The position numbers and the translations under genes are program-made. A DNA stretch of 64,000 nucleotides, taken from NCBI GenBank assembly GCA_040901675.1, contig JBBDYJ010000017.1, forward strand, positions 1-64,000. Reading direction: 5' to 3'. Of this stretch, positions 35,615 to 46,037 are shown one piece after another. This stretch comes from Pirellulales bacterium. GTDB taxonomy: Bacteria > Planctomycetota > Planctomycetia > Pirellulales > JAICIG01. The notes beneath the pieces were generated by a model that was not told the DNA's origin, did not search any database, and was given only the letters and a program-made list of their open reading frames with translations. Each line of letters starts with the position of its first letter. The stretch's first letter is position 1.

Positions 35615-38215
35615 TCAATCCCCCCCGCGGCGATCGCGTCGATCGCGCGGCGGCTTCTCGTCATCTGAAGCAGGGCCACGCGATTCCGCACGGGCTGGAC
35701 GCTCGGATCGCCCCTCGGCGGAGCTCGCTCCACGGCCGCGACCGCGACGGAGGTCCGCGGGAGCCGGACTGCGGGCCGCGGGAGCCGGACGTGACAGCGT
35801 CGGACGCCCGACGTCTCGGCGTGCTGGCCCCGGCGCTTGCCGTTGCGGCGGACGCATCGACTCAAGGCCAGGCCGGCGCGCGGTCGGCGGCCGATCGAGA
35901 GAAGGACCCGGGCGGACCGACTCGATGCTGGGGCGGCGGGCCGGAGGAGGACGCTCGATCGACCGATCCGGACGACCAGAACCGCGGATGCCCCGGTCCT
36001 GCGGCGGGAGCCCTGGGGCGCGTGATGGCGCGCCCATACCAGGCCGCGAGCTGGGTTCCAAGCCGCGCGGCCGCCCGCTTTCTACGCGTTGTGACGGTGG
36101 CCGGGTCCGCTGTTCGGATCGCACGCCGGCCGGACCCCGGGGATCGATCGGCTGTTGCGCAGGCAGGCGGCGCGCGGAGCGCGGGCCGTACGGCTGGCGA
36201 ACGCTGCCGGGTTGAGGGGCGCGCTCGGCCGGCCGGCCGCGGATGCCGTCGGGGCGGTCGGGCTGGGGCCCGCGTGTCGCCGGGGCGATCCGCTGCCCGG
36301 GCCTCTCCAACTCGGAAGGTTGAGGCCTGCCTGGGAGCCGCTGGGCGCCTGGCTGAACCGGCTGAGGCCGCCGCTCGCCGGCACGCCGGGCCGCGCTGCC
36401 ACGGTCATCGGGGGGAAGCAACTGGTCCGTGCGCCGCTCCCGGCCGGTGACACCAGGGCGGGGACGTGCGGCCGCGCGCCGTGCCGCGTCGTCAAGCCGG
36501 CCGGTGCGGGCGGAATCATCGCCGCCGGTTCGTCGCGGATCAGCCGGTCGCGCCGCCGGGCGCCGGCCGTCGCGGTCGGCAGCCGAGATATCCGGCGGTC
36601 TGCCTGACTGGCGGCCGTCGCGGCGAGCGGCATCGGGGTCGGCCCGCCGACGTGGGTCGGCCAGATCGCGGCCGCCGGCGTCCCGCGGCGGCTGGATTTC
36701 GGCCCCCGCGAAAGGATCCGCGTCTTCGGCGGCTCGGGCGGCCTCTCGATCAGGGCGGCCGGCAGTCCGATCGGCACGCTGGGCACGGCGAGGTCCAGGA
36801 CGATCGGGCGGTGCCGCGGACCGCCGGGGCTGCTGACCGTCGGCGGTCGCCTCGCCTTGGGCCGCGGCCAGTGGGGAGGCCGGCCGTCTCAGCCTCAGAG
36901 GCTCGAAGTCCTCGGGTCTCTCGGCATTGCGCTGGCGGCCGGCGCGCGTCTCGAGCCTGGCGCGGGTGCGGGTGAACTCGCGGGACTCACGGGCCACTTC
37001 GGCCAGTTGCCGCTGCCGGGCCTGGTCGATTCGGCGCAGTCGCAGCCCGGTGTCGCTGGGCTGGTTGAACGCATCCTCGAGCGACTGGCCCAGGGCGATG
37101 GTATTGATGTTGGTGATGTTCACGTCGCCCGCGCGCCGGACCAGCAAGTTCTGTTCGCGGAAAGTGCGCGGCGGCCGGAAGTCGCGGTTGGAACTGAAAT
37201 AGCGGTACCGATCGCGCACCACGTTGCCCCAAGCGCCGTAACCTCCCCGATAAACGGAGCTGTAGTACGAGAACAGCGGGTCGTATCCGAAGCCTCGATT
37301 CTGGTAGAGGTACCAGGGGTAGATGCCTCGCCGGTAATACGTCGGCGCGTAGTAGTCGCCGAAATAGTAGTGGCCATAGCCGGGCCGGGCGAAGAAGTGC
37401 GTGATCAACAGCGCCGTGTTGATGAGCGTTCGCGGAACCAGGCGGAAGCCCGGACGGGCGTAGACGGGATGCAGGAACCTGACCGGAGCGAACAGCAGGC
37501 CGCGGCGCCGCACCGGGTAGTCCCAGTAGCCGGCGACGTAGATGCAGCCGCTGGGGCTCCAGACGTAGTGGGCGGGCATCCAGACCCAGCCCGGCTCGAC
37601 AATCGCCCAATAGCCAGGCTGCCAGACGTATCGCGCGGTCCGCCATACCCATTGGCCCGGAACCCAGAAGTAGCCTTCACCGGGTGGCGGGCTGGACGGA
37701 CCGACCTCGAGGCTTTCCGGAGGGACGGGATAATAAACGACCTCCTCGACCGCGGTGCTGGCCCAGTAACCGGTGATCCATTGGAATCCGTCGTCCACTT
37801 CCTCCCAATAACCGGGGATCCAAGCATAGCCGGGCGGAGCGACCCGCCACACGCCGCTGATCCAAATGAAATCATCCAGGTCATCGTCCCAGGCCCAATA
37901 GCCGGGGATCCAGACCGCGTCGCCCTCGGGACGCACCTCGGGCGGTACCTCTTCGATCAATTCCGGCGGAGTCGCCGACACGAAGATCCCCGCAGCCGGG
38001 TCGACCTGCATCACGCTGGCGAAGGCTTCGTGTACGGGGCCGCTGGTCAGGATCTCGACGTCGTCGCCGTACTCGTTGATTTGTCCCGATTGGGCTTCGA
38101 ATTGGGGAAACTCTTGGGCCCGGGCAGCCGCCGGTGCCAGCAGCAAGAGGGCGATCCAGAGCGGACCGGACCGCCAGAGGTTCGTGGTCATGTGCTTCTC
38201 CTTGCAACGCGCCAT
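35615..38215 (-). CDS. Secreted YXWGXW-repeat protein with long Arg/Pro-rich disordered tail
   Basis: Signal peptide; repeated WIPGYW, WISGVW, WITGYW, WVPGQW and WQPGYW; low-complexity C-terminal half. Confidence 0.88.
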   Translation of the reverse strand: MARCKEKHMTTNLWRSGPLWIALLLLAPAAARAQEFPQFEAQSGQINEYGDDVEILTSGPVHEAFASVMQVDPAAGIFVSATPPELIEEVPPEVRPEGDAVWIPGYWAWDDDLDDFIWISGVWRVAPPGYAWIPGYWEEVDDGFQWITGYWASTAVEEVVYYPVPPESLEVGPSSPPPGEGYFWVPGQWVWRTARYVWQPGYWAIVEPGWVWMPAHYVWSPSGCIYVAGYWDYPVRRRGLLFAPVRFLHPVYARPGFRLVPRTLINTALLITHFFARPGYGHYYFGDYYAPTYYRRGIYPWYLYQNRGFGYDPLFSYYSSVYRGGYGAWGNVVRDRYRYFSSNRDFRPPRTFREQNLLVRRAGDVNITNINTIALGQSLEDAFNQPSDTGLRLRRIDQARQRQLAEVARESREFTRTRARLETRAGRQRNAERPEDFEPLRLRRPASPLAAAQGEATADGQQPRRSAAPPDRPGPRRAQRADRTAGRPDREAARAAEDADPFAGAEIQPPRDAGGRDLADPRRRADPDAARRDGRQSGRPPDISAADRDGRRPAARPADPRRTGGDDSARTGRLDDAARRAAARPRPGVTGRERRTDQLLPPDDRGSAARRAGERRPQPVQPGAQRLPGRPQPSELERPGQRIAPATRGPQPDRPDGIRGRPAERAPQPGSVRQPYGPRSARRLPAQQPIDPRGPAGVRSEQRTRPPSQRVESGRPRGLEPSSRPGMGAPSRAPGLPPQDRGIRGSGRPDRSIERPPPARRPSIESVRPGPSLDRPPTARRPGLESMRPPQRQAPGPARRDVGRPTLSRPAPAARSPAPADLRRGRGRGASSAEGRSERPARAESRGPASDDEKPPRDRRDRRGGD

Positions 38216-38314
38216 CCGTGGATCGCTCGTCCGGCGGCAACGGGAAAGGGCCAGAGGAGCGGCTTTCTCACAACGGTTCTTTGGGAACGGGGACTCTCCC
38301 TTCCGGCAGGCAGG

Positions 38315-38331
38315 AGCATCTGCCGTGCCAA
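38315..38331 (-). promoter_or_regulatory. Candidate sigma-54 promoter
   Basis: Minus strand TTGGCACGGCAGATGCT has GG-N10-GC spacing and is close to TGGCACG-N4-TTGCW. It lies 100 bp upstream of the YXWGXW gene. Confidence 0.6.
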
Positions 38332-38613
38332 TGGCCGTGCGCGTCGAGCGGCTTTCGGGCCCAACCCTAACGGGTGTTATGGCTTATGGCGGCCGTGCCG
38401 AAGGTGCCGGTGGCAGCCAGCCAGGCCGGGCGCCTGTGATCGGACTGAACGCAGTTGGGTCAACCTGATGTCAGAATCGGCCGTTTGGCGGGGTGTCCGA
38501 TGGGTGCAAAGTGACAATAAGTGCTTGACGGGCAACCTGTTCCAAGTTACCTAAATACTGTAGAATATCTATAATGTGCATATTAACGCCCGCAGACCCC
38601 CCCGGCGGACGGC

Positions 38614-39756
38614 ATGATCATTGCTTCCACAGTGTACTGGTGCCTGATGCTCTCAACGGTCCTCGGACCCGGCGTCACGGCCGCGGTTGCCGGCGCGACC
38701 GTATCTCGCTGTGGAGCTTGTGACCGGGGCCAGTATTGGCGAATTAGTTCGCTCAACGCGCCGCGATGCGCGCCGTTCGACCCGGAGAAGCTGGAGTACT
38801 TCGTGTACGACTGCCGGCGAGGCTGGCTGCCGTCGACCCGTGAAGCGTACCTGGCGTCGGACGATCCGGCCGCCTCGACCAGTTTCTTCGTTCACGGCTA
38901 TTTTCCGCAGCGGTGGATCACCGTGACGAAGATGGTCGACTCGAGCACCGACGGCGGCTGGCTGGCGTTCGACCGGCTGAGTCCGCGCGACCGGCCGTTC
39001 CGCTTTGTGCTGTGGGTTTGGCCGGGGGAGCGCGACGACGGTTCACGGCTGCCCGAAAACATCCGCATCAAGATGGGGCTGGCTGAGCTGCAAGCCTGGT
39101 ACCTGGCATGGGTCGTGGACCAGATGAACCCGGATGTGCCGGTTGGGCTGATTTCCGACAGCCTCGGTGCACCCGCGCTGACCGGTGCCCTGCACGTGCT
39201 GGGAGGCGGCGCCGTGGACGGACAGTCGCTCGAGCGGATCCATCCCGCGCGGATGCCGCTGCGGGCCGCCCTGGTGGCGGGCACGATGAACAACGATTGG
39301 TTGGTTCCCGGTCGGCGGCACGGTCTGGCACTGTCGCAGGTAGACAAGATGCTCATCACGGTCAACCCGCGAGATCGAATGCTGAAGCTGTACACTTTGT
39401 TCAAGATCGGCGGCGGAGTGCCGGCCGTGGGCGAAACGGGCATTGCGGGCCGCTCGCGGCTGGGGCCGTATCGCGAGCGGGTGGTTCACTTTGCCTCGTC
39501 GCCGTACGTTGGGGGCCGGCATTGGTGGACTACCTACCTGCGATCGCCGGCGGTGGTGGCGCGTCTGAAGCCGTTTGCCTTTCCGCCGCCGCGTGCCTGG
39601 GTCGCATCCGAGACCGAAGTCGCCGACGGCGAACCCAGCCCTTCGGCGGCCGGCTCCAGGGCCACGACGGCCGTGGACCCTGCGGCGGCGCCTGAGGCCG
39701 ACCAGCCGCCGGAGCAAGCTGCCGGCCGGAGCCAGCAGCTCGCGCCGGCCGGTTAA
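38614..39756 (+). CDS. Hypothetical exported alpha/beta-hydrolase-like protein
   Basis: FFVHGY, a nucleophile-elbow-like ISDSLGA, NPRD and a late His. Confidence 0.7.
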   Translation: MIIASTVYWCLMLSTVLGPGVTAAVAGATVSRCGACDRGQYWRISSLNAPRCAPFDPEKLEYFVYDCRRGWLPSTREAYLASDDPAASTSFFVHGYFPQRWITVTKMVDSSTDGGWLAFDRLSPRDRPFRFVLWVWPGERDDGSRLPENIRIKMGLAELQAWYLAWVVDQMNPDVPVGLISDSLGAPALTGALHVLGGGAVDGQSLERIHPARMPLRAALVAGTMNNDWLVPGRRHGLALSQVDKMLITVNPRDRMLKLYTLFKIGGGVPAVGETGIAGRSRLGPYRERVVHFASSPYVGGRHWWTTYLRSPAVVARLKPFAFPPPRAWVASETEVADGEPSPSAAGSRATTAVDPAAAPEADQPPEQAAGRSQQLAPAG

Positions 39757-39771
39757 AAGCGGCCGGCTTTC
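39744..39771 (+). terminator. Possible intrinsic terminator between convergent genes
   Basis: GCCGGCCG/CGGCCGGC 8-bp stem followed by a short TTT. Confidence 0.4.
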
Positions 39772-39789
39772 GTGGCGCATGCCTGCGAT

Positions 39790-40134
39790 TCATCGTTCGT
39801 CGTTCGCGCTTCCGCCCCCGGCCGCTCCCAGGGCAGCGAGCAGCTCGCTCATTTCGCCGGCCGCGTGCGCATTGCCTTGCCGCCGCGCCTGCTCGATGCC
39901 ATCGCCGAGGGCGGCCGTTGCCTCGTTGAGCCGGCCCATCTCGGCCAGTTGCTGGGCCGCCATCAAGAAGGCAGGCACGTAGGGGGTGTGGCCGGTCATC
40001 AAGGCTTGCAGCAGCTCGAGGCTGCGCTGTTGCTCGTTTTCCTTGGCCAGCTCGAGGGCCAGGCTGTATCGCAAGAACAGGTCGGCTGGCTCATCGGCCA
40101 GCATGGCTTCGATCTGTTCGCGCCGCGAAAGCAT
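39790..40134 (-). CDS. Small TPR protein
   Basis: SRREQIEAMLADEPAD.FLRYSLALE..YVPAFLMAAQ..GNAHAAGEM. Confidence 0.85.
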   Translation of the reverse strand: MLSRREQIEAMLADEPADLFLRYSLALELAKENEQQRSLELLQALMTGHTPYVPAFLMAAQQLAEMGRLNEATAALGDGIEQARRQGNAHAAGEMSELLAALGAAGGGSANDER

Positions 40135-40147
40135 CGGTGTGGAACGC

Positions 40148-41344
40148 TTAGGCGTCTCCGATTCCTGCTGCCTTTTGTCTGCCTGCCTCCAGATCGCCGT
40201 AGACCAGATCGCCGGCGCTGAGCGTGGCGCGGATCTCCAGCCGAGTCCGCGGCTCGCTCACCAGGTCGAACAGCACCAAGTCGGCGGGCTCGCCGGGACG
40301 CAGTCCACGGGATGGCAAACCCAAGAGGCGGGCCGGATGATCGGTCGCCATGGCCACGGCCGTTGCCAGGTCGATGCGAGCGAAGTCGATGAGATTGGCC
40401 ACGCCGTCGCCGATCGGCCGCGAGGCGCCTGCCAGGAGCTGCTGCTGCCCGGCGATGACGAGCCGGCCGTCGTCGAGGATATCGACTTGGCAGCCGCTGC
40501 CGGTGTAGCGGCCCGGGGGCAAGCCTGCCAGCCCCGACATGTCGCTCACGAGGATGCAGCGCTCGGGCGTCTTGGCCCGCACCATGGCCTTGACCACCTC
40601 GGCCGGCAGATGGTGGCCGTCGACGATCAGGCTGGCCTGCAGGCGATCCTCGGCCAGTTGGTCCCAGATGTAGTTGGGATGCCTGGGCAGCAGGCGGTGA
40701 GCGCCGTTGCCCAGGTGCGTGCTGAGCCTTGCGCCGGCGTCGACCGCGTCCTGAATCTGGCGGCTGGTGGCTGCCGTGTGGCCGATGGCCACGATCACGT
40801 TGGCGGCGGTGGCCCGCGCGATGAATTCGGGGGCCTCGTCGAACTCGGGCGACATGGTGAGGATGCGGATACGGCCAGAGGCGGCTGCCTGGAGCCGCTC
40901 GAACTCGGTCCAGCTTGGCCGGCGGCAGTGTTCGGCCGGGTGCGCGCCGCGGGGTCCGTCCTCGCTGGAGAAATAGGGCCCTTCCAGATGGATGCCCGGC
41001 ACGGCGCGGGCCACTTCAGGAAACGATTGACAGGCAAAGTCGATAGCTTCGAGCGCCCGCACCAGGCAATCGTGCGAGTGCGTGGTGAGGGTGGGACACA
41101 AGCTGGTCACGCCAAACGCCCAATGCCGCCGCACAATGGCGGCCACCTTGTCGGGTGTCAGCTCGGGCGAACTGAATTCCTGCCCGCCGTAGCCGTTGAC
41201 CTGAATATCGACAAAGCCCGGCGCCACCCAGGGAAGCGCATCGGCGTGAGCCGCACCTTGGGTCTGCACGCGCGCGATTCGGCCATCGTCGACATGGATG
41301 CTGATCACTTTGCGCGTATCGTAGCGGCGGGCTTGGAACTGCAT
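40148..41344 (-). CDS. nagA: N-acetylglucosamine-6-phosphate deacetylase
   Basis: PGFVDIQVNG, PTLTT, GIHLEGPY, GAH, GHT, THLGNG, DGHH, LVSD and LAGAS. Confidence 0.9.
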   Translation of the reverse strand: MQFQARRYDTRKVISIHVDDGRIARVQTQGAAHADALPWVAPGFVDIQVNGYGGQEFSSPELTPDKVAAIVRRHWAFGVTSLCPTLTTHSHDCLVRALEAIDFACQSFPEVARAVPGIHLEGPYFSSEDGPRGAHPAEHCRRPSWTEFERLQAAASGRIRILTMSPEFDEAPEFIARATAANVIVAIGHTAATSRQIQDAVDAGARLSTHLGNGAHRLLPRHPNYIWDQLAEDRLQASLIVDGHHLPAEVVKAMVRAKTPERCILVSDMSGLAGLPPGRYTGSGCQVDILDDGRLVIAGQQQLLAGASRPIGDGVANLIDFARIDLATAVAMATDHPARLLGLPSRGLRPGEPADLVLFDLVSEPRTRLEIRATLSAGDLVYGDLEAGRQKAAGIGDA

Positions 41345-41540
41345 GCAGGAAAGGATAATCGACGGAGAAGTGAGTGGGGAGTGGCGGCGGGCCGGGATCT
41401 TTGGCTCGAGGTTGGCCTGATCGGCTCTCCGCTGGCGGATGGCGATGTCCGGTGTTGCTTGCAGTCCGGATTGGGCGCGGTACGATCGGAGGGATTGCAC
41501 TGGCCCTTTTTCGCGTGCCCAAGCCATCGGGGGACATGTC

Positions 41541-42266
41541 ATGGTGTGGGGAATCTATGGGAGCTTGTACTTTCTGGTGGCGGGCGCCGCAATTTTGTTG
41601 CTGTGCCGGCGGGAGAACGCGGGCCGCGTGGCCGGTCCAGCGGTTCCGCGCTGGCTTGGCGCGTGCCTGATCGGCATGGCGCTTGGCGCATCGAGTGCGT
41701 TCGGATCGATGCACTTGCTCGGATACGGGGGCGCGTCAACTTCGCCCGGCCAGCCCGGGGCGGGTGGCGGCGGTGCTCCAGGAGGAGGCGGTGGTCCAGG
41801 GGGAGGTGGTGGTCCAGGGGGAGGCGGTGGCGGCGGGGGCGCGAGCGGACCGGCGACCGACCTGGCAGCCATGGTCGGCAAACTCGATCTTTTGACCGAC
41901 GGCCTCTCGATCGAACTGACCGATAAGCAGCGCGACGATCTGGCCAGCCACCTGAGCGGTCTGGAAGCGATGGATGAGTTGGCCAGCGCGGATGCCGAGA
42001 GGCGGATCAAATTGATCCGGGTGGAGTTGACACCCGAGCAGCGCAGCGCCGTGGAAGCCATCGAGCTGCCGAGACGGCGGGGGGGTGGCGGCGGCGGAGG
42101 CGGCATGGGTGGCGGCGGTGGCGGAGGGGGGGGTGGCGGACCTGGCGGCGGTGGCGGCGGTCCAGGAGGCGGCGGCGGTGCCGGCGGCAACACCAATCCG
42201 TTCAAGGAGGAAGCTACGGCAAAGAAACTGGAGAACTTGCGGCGCAAGCTGGTGGCCGGCGAGTAA
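41541..42266 (+). CDS. Glycine-rich membrane-anchored hypothetical protein
   Basis: Two N-terminal hydrophobic segments and two poly-Gly/Pro tracts around a helical domain (LTDKQR, LTPEQR, NPF). Confidence 0.75.
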   Translation: MVWGIYGSLYFLVAGAAILLLCRRENAGRVAGPAVPRWLGACLIGMALGASSAFGSMHLLGYGGASTSPGQPGAGGGGAPGGGGGPGGGGGPGGGGGGGGASGPATDLAAMVGKLDLLTDGLSIELTDKQRDDLASHLSGLEAMDELASADAERRIKLIRVELTPEQRSAVEAIELPRRRGGGGGGGGMGGGGGGGGGGGPGGGGGGPGGGGGAGGNTNPFKEEATAKKLENLRRKLVAGE

Positions 42267-42393
42267 TGCCGGCGCTTGGACCGACGGTACCGGCACCCAG
42301 GGCGTGCCCAGGGGCTTGGCAGTTGTCATTTGCGTGGCGGCCCGCGATAATCGAAGGGTAACAAGGCGAGAAAACGAACCTCCGCAGCCGCCG

Positions 42394-44001
42394 ATGGCCG
42401 AGCTACCCAATCTTTCCGTAACGCCGCCGGAGGTGGACCTGTCCGGGCGGCAATTGGGCGATTTCAGGCTCTTGCGGCGCCTGGGCCGGGGGGCGATGGC
42501 CGAGGTCTATCTGGCCGAGCAGGGTTCGTTGCGCCGGCAGGTGGCCATCAAGGTGTTGAAGAGCCACCTGGCCACGGACGAAACGTACGTGAAACGGTTT
42601 CACAACGAGGCCCAGGCAGCCGCGTCGCTGGTCCACGCCAACATCGTGCAGATCCACGACGTCGGCAGCAGCGAGGGGGTGCACTACATCGCGCAGGAGT
42701 ACGTGCAAGGGCAGAACCTGCAGGAATTCATGGTCCGCCGCGGCCCGCCCGACGTGAAGCTGGCGCTGGCGATCATGCGGCAAGTGGCCTCGGCCCTGCA
42801 CAAGGCCGCCTTGGCGGGAATTGTTCACCGGGACATCAAGCCGGAGAACATCATGCTGGGCCGCAGCGGCGAAGTGAAAGTGGCCGACTTCGGGCTGGCG
42901 CGGTTGACGGGCAACGGCGGGGTGAACCTGACGCAGGTCGGGATCACGATGGGGACGCCGTTGTACATGAGTCCCGAGCAAGTGGAGGGGCGCACGCTCG
43001 ATCCGCGGAGCGACATCTACTCGTTCGGTGTGACCTGCTTCCAGATGCTCGCCGGGACGCCTCCTTTCCGGGGCGAGACGGCCTTGAGCGTGGCGGTTCA
43101 GCATTTGAAGACCGAACCGCAGCGGCTGGAGCACCTGCGTCCGGACCTGCCGGTCAGCCTGTGCCGGATCGTTCACAAGATGCTGGCCAAGAATCCGGCG
43201 CAGCGGTACGAAACCGCGCGCGACCTGCTGGTCGATCTGCGGGGCGTGCCGGTCGAGGGGATGGCCGACGACTGGGGCGATCTGGTCGACGAGGCCGACG
43301 GCGCGATCAGCGAGATGCTGGCCGGCGCCCATGCGGCCACCGGGCGTCTGGGGAGCTTGATGAAGACATCGAGGCTGCACTCGATGCGGCGTCGTCGAGT
43401 TCGGGTCTGGATTGCGGCCGGGGTGGTGCTCTCTTTTCTGGCCGGAGGAGCGGCTGGTTGGTCCCAGCGGCCCGCCTACCTGCTGGCCGAGGCGCGGCAG
43501 GCCAACGTGCCGCACCAACTGAATACGGCCGGCGCGCAACTGCTCCGCGCCAAGCTGCAGGACACCGAGGTGGAGGCATGGCTCAAGAGCGTCGAGCGGT
43601 ATTTTCCCAAGGACGAGCGGCACGTGCAGTTGGCCAGGCAGGAATTGGCGAAGCTCTATTTGCTCGAAGACCGCCAGGAAGAAGCAAAGAAGCTGTTCGA
43701 TCAGTTCGCCGACTTGGACGACTCGCAGCGCGAGTTGCGGGCCTTCGGGCTGGCGGGGCAGAGTCTGCTATTGACCCGCACGGGCCGATACCAGGACGCG
43801 ATCGAGAAGCTGGACGAGCTTTGGCCGCTGAAAGAGGAGCTAGACCGCGACCGCAGCATGCGCCAGATGGTTCAAGTTTCGCTCAACGTCATCGAAAGGG
43901 CCAGCGAAAAGCGGGTCAGCGAGGCCCAAGCGAATCAACTCAAGAAGTGGCTGGAGGTGGAGTTTCCGCCGGACGAGGGGGAAACGGACCAGGCCGGTTG
44001 A
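42394..44001 (+). CDS. Transmembrane Hanks-type Ser/Thr protein kinase
   Basis: LGRGAMAEV, VAIK, HRDIKPEN, DFGLA, GTPLYMSPEQ and SDIYSFG, then a TM and a TPR-like C-terminus. Confidence 0.95.
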   Translation: MAELPNLSVTPPEVDLSGRQLGDFRLLRRLGRGAMAEVYLAEQGSLRRQVAIKVLKSHLATDETYVKRFHNEAQAAASLVHANIVQIHDVGSSEGVHYIAQEYVQGQNLQEFMVRRGPPDVKLALAIMRQVASALHKAALAGIVHRDIKPENIMLGRSGEVKVADFGLARLTGNGGVNLTQVGITMGTPLYMSPEQVEGRTLDPRSDIYSFGVTCFQMLAGTPPFRGETALSVAVQHLKTEPQRLEHLRPDLPVSLCRIVHKMLAKNPAQRYETARDLLVDLRGVPVEGMADDWGDLVDEADGAISEMLAGAHAATGRLGSLMKTSRLHSMRRRRVRVWIAAGVVLSFLAGGAAGWSQRPAYLLAEARQANVPHQLNTAGAQLLRAKLQDTEVEAWLKSVERYFPKDERHVQLARQELAKLYLLEDRQEEAKKLFDQFADLDDSQRELRAFGLAGQSLLLTRTGRYQDAIEKLDELWPLKEELDRDRSMRQMVQVSLNVIERASEKRVSEAQANQLKKWLEVEFPPDEGETDQAG

Positions 44002-44095
44002 CAGCCGGCGGCAGGTGGGTTAACAAACAATGCACGGGCCGCTAAAGAGATGAACGGCTCGCTTCGGCTCAAGATGGCATCCCAGGGCCGTACCT

Positions 44096-44168
44096 GCCCG
44101 CATCGTCTAGTGGCCTAGGACGCTGGGTTCTCAGCCCAGTAACCGGGGTTCGACTCCCCGTGCGGGTA
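44096..44168 (+). tRNA. tRNA-Glu (CTC)
   Basis: Acceptor stem GCCCGCA/TGCGGGT, anticodon arm CTGGG-TTCTCAG-CCCAG, T arm CGGGG-TTCGACT-CCCCG. CCA is not encoded. Confidence 0.96.
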
Positions 44169-44228
44169 CCTTGACCGCATGAACGCGGCCGTCTGGCTTG
44201 CCACGTCCCGTCTCTCACCGTCCGTCTC

Positions 44229-46037
44229 TCACCGGCCGCCTGCGGCCCGCGACCAGTCGGCGGCTACCGCGGCGGGCTCGCCGCCGTAGTGCTTCTTGAA
44301 GGCAGCCGAGAACGGACTACCCTGGCCGAGGTCTTTGAGCAAGGCGGAGAACCTGGCCGGTTTGGACATCAAGGCCTTGAGAAAAGCAAAGCTGAGCGCG
44401 GCCGCATCGCCCGTCACGATGTCGCCCGATTCCAAGAACAAGTCGGGGCCGCGGCCGGCGGCCAGGGCGGCCTTGGCGGCTTCGTCCCACTGGTGGACGG
44501 TCCGGTTCCTGGGGTTGGCCCGGCCGGCGGCCACCCGGGCCGTGCCGACGGCGAACCAGCGGGGCACCTCGGCCTGGCTTTCGATATAGGCCCCCGTGAA
44601 CTGCTGTGCCAGAAGCAGTGCGGGCGTGTCCTTGTCGTTGTTGGGCACCACGAGGCAGCCGTAGGCATCAAGAACGTTGTAGCGCCAATGCCCGGTCCAA
44701 TCGGAGGGGAGCTCGCGCTTCTCGACCATGGTGCCGAACTCGGAATAGTCGAAGCGGTGCTCGAAAGCGAACAGCGTCAGCCGCCCCTTCAAGAAGGGCT
44801 TGCCGGCCTTGAACATGGCCGCGATCTTGCCCTGCTGGACTTTGGCCAGCTCGGCCAGCTCGTCCATGCGGGGGGGCGTGAGGTTGCCCAGCAAGAGGAA
44901 GGCGTCTGCTTGGCGCTGGTCGGGCACCTCATCGGGAATGGCCAGCCGCCAGTTCTTCCCCGCCAGCTCGGCCCGCACGGCGGACAGCTCGTCGTGGGAC
45001 ATGCGGGTGGCGGCCATAATCCGCACGGCCAGGTCGAGCGGCTGCAGGGGGTCGGACCAGTCGAACTTCGCCCCCTCGGCAATCCAGGACTCGAAGCGGG
45101 CGATGACCGCTTCTTCGAGCGGCGGCCGGCGCAGGGGCATCTGGGCGCCCGCCATGCCCCGGAGTTTTTGCACGAGCAGGCTGTCGGCCGGTTTGCCCGG
45201 TGCGATGATCGGGCCGCTGTCGCCGCCGCGCAGGAGCGTGGCGAACGTCGACAGGTCGAGCCGGGCGGCCGGCTGCGGGCCTCCATGGCAATCGATGCAG
45301 GAAGCGACGAGCACGGGCGCGAGGTCGCGGACGAACTGCACGGCTTCGGAGCCGGCGGCCTGGACGACTTGGGGCATCGACGGCCCGCTGGGGTTGGGGA
45401 CGGGAGCCAGCGAGGCGAGGGGCACGGTTTCGGCCCCGCCGTCGAAGCGGGCGCCGGCGTCGATCCAGGCGCTGATCTTGGCCAGCTCCTCGGCTGTGAC
45501 CTTGGGGCCGGTGCGAGGCATATCGCCCGTTTCGATGACCTCGACCAAGCGGCTGCCTTGGCTCTTGCCGGGATTGAAGACGATGCCGGCGTCGGAGCCC
45601 TTTTTCAGATCGGCGAAGGTGGCCATGCTGAAGCCGCCACGGGCGTTGCGGATGTGGCAGTTGCGGCACTTGGAGGCAAAGATGGGCAGCACGTCCTTGG
45701 TAAAGCTGATGTCCGACGTGCCGGCCGGCTTGCCGGTCAGATCGAGTCCCCGTGCTTTGAGCAGCCGCTCGGCCGCCGCCAGTTTTTTCTGGTAGCGGGC
45801 CACTTCGTCCGCCGGGGCGTCGCCGGCCGCGATCCAATCGGCGAGCAACCGTTGGGCCTCTCCCGCGGCCAGGGCGGAGTCGCTGTACTTCTTGCTTTTG
45901 TAGAAGGCCGAAACCTTCCTCAAGGCGCGATCCAGAGATGCCAATGCCGCGCGCTCGTCGCCGGCCGGCTGGGCCGCTCCGAGCGGAGCGTGCAACGCTG
46001 CAGCCAGCGCCAGACAGACGGCGATAGTGTGTCGCAT
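44229..46037 (-). CDS. Secreted protein with two planctomycete cytochrome c domains
   Basis: SFTKDVLPIF..CRNCH...MP...WIDAGA and FVRDLAPVL..CIDCH...MP...WIAEGA. Confidence 0.88.
   Translation of the reverse strand: MRHTIAVCLALAAALHAPLGAAQPAGDERAALASLDRALRKVSAFYKSKKYSDSALAAGEAQRLLADWIAAGDAPADEVARYQKKLAAAERLLKARGLDLTGKPAGTSDISFTKDVLPIFASKCRNCHIRNARGGFSMATFADLKKGSDAGIVFNPGKSQGSRLVEVIETGDMPRTGPKVTAEELAKISAWIDAGARFDGGAETVPLASLAPVPNPSGPSMPQVVQAAGSEAVQFVRDLAPVLVASCIDCHGGPQPAARLDLSTFATLLRGGDSGPIIAPGKPADSLLVQKLRGMAGAQMPLRRPPLEEAVIARFESWIAEGAKFDWSDPLQPLDLAVRIMAATRMSHDELSAVRAELAGKNWRLAIPDEVPDQRQADAFLLLGNLTPPRMDELAELAKVQQGKIAAMFKAGKPFLKGRLTLFAFEHRFDYSEFGTMVEKRELPSDWTGHWRYNVLDAYGCLVVPNNDKDTPALLLAQQFTGAYIESQAEVPRWFAVGTARVAAGRANPRNRTVHQWDEAAKAALAAGRGPDLFLESGDIVTGDAAALSFAFLKALMSKPARFSALLKDLGQGSPFSAAFKKHYGGEPAAVAADWSRAAGGR

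Noticed and set aside
44096..44168. tRNA-anchored genomic island
   Set aside because: There is no integrase beside it, and I saw no duplicated tRNA 3' end in the window.
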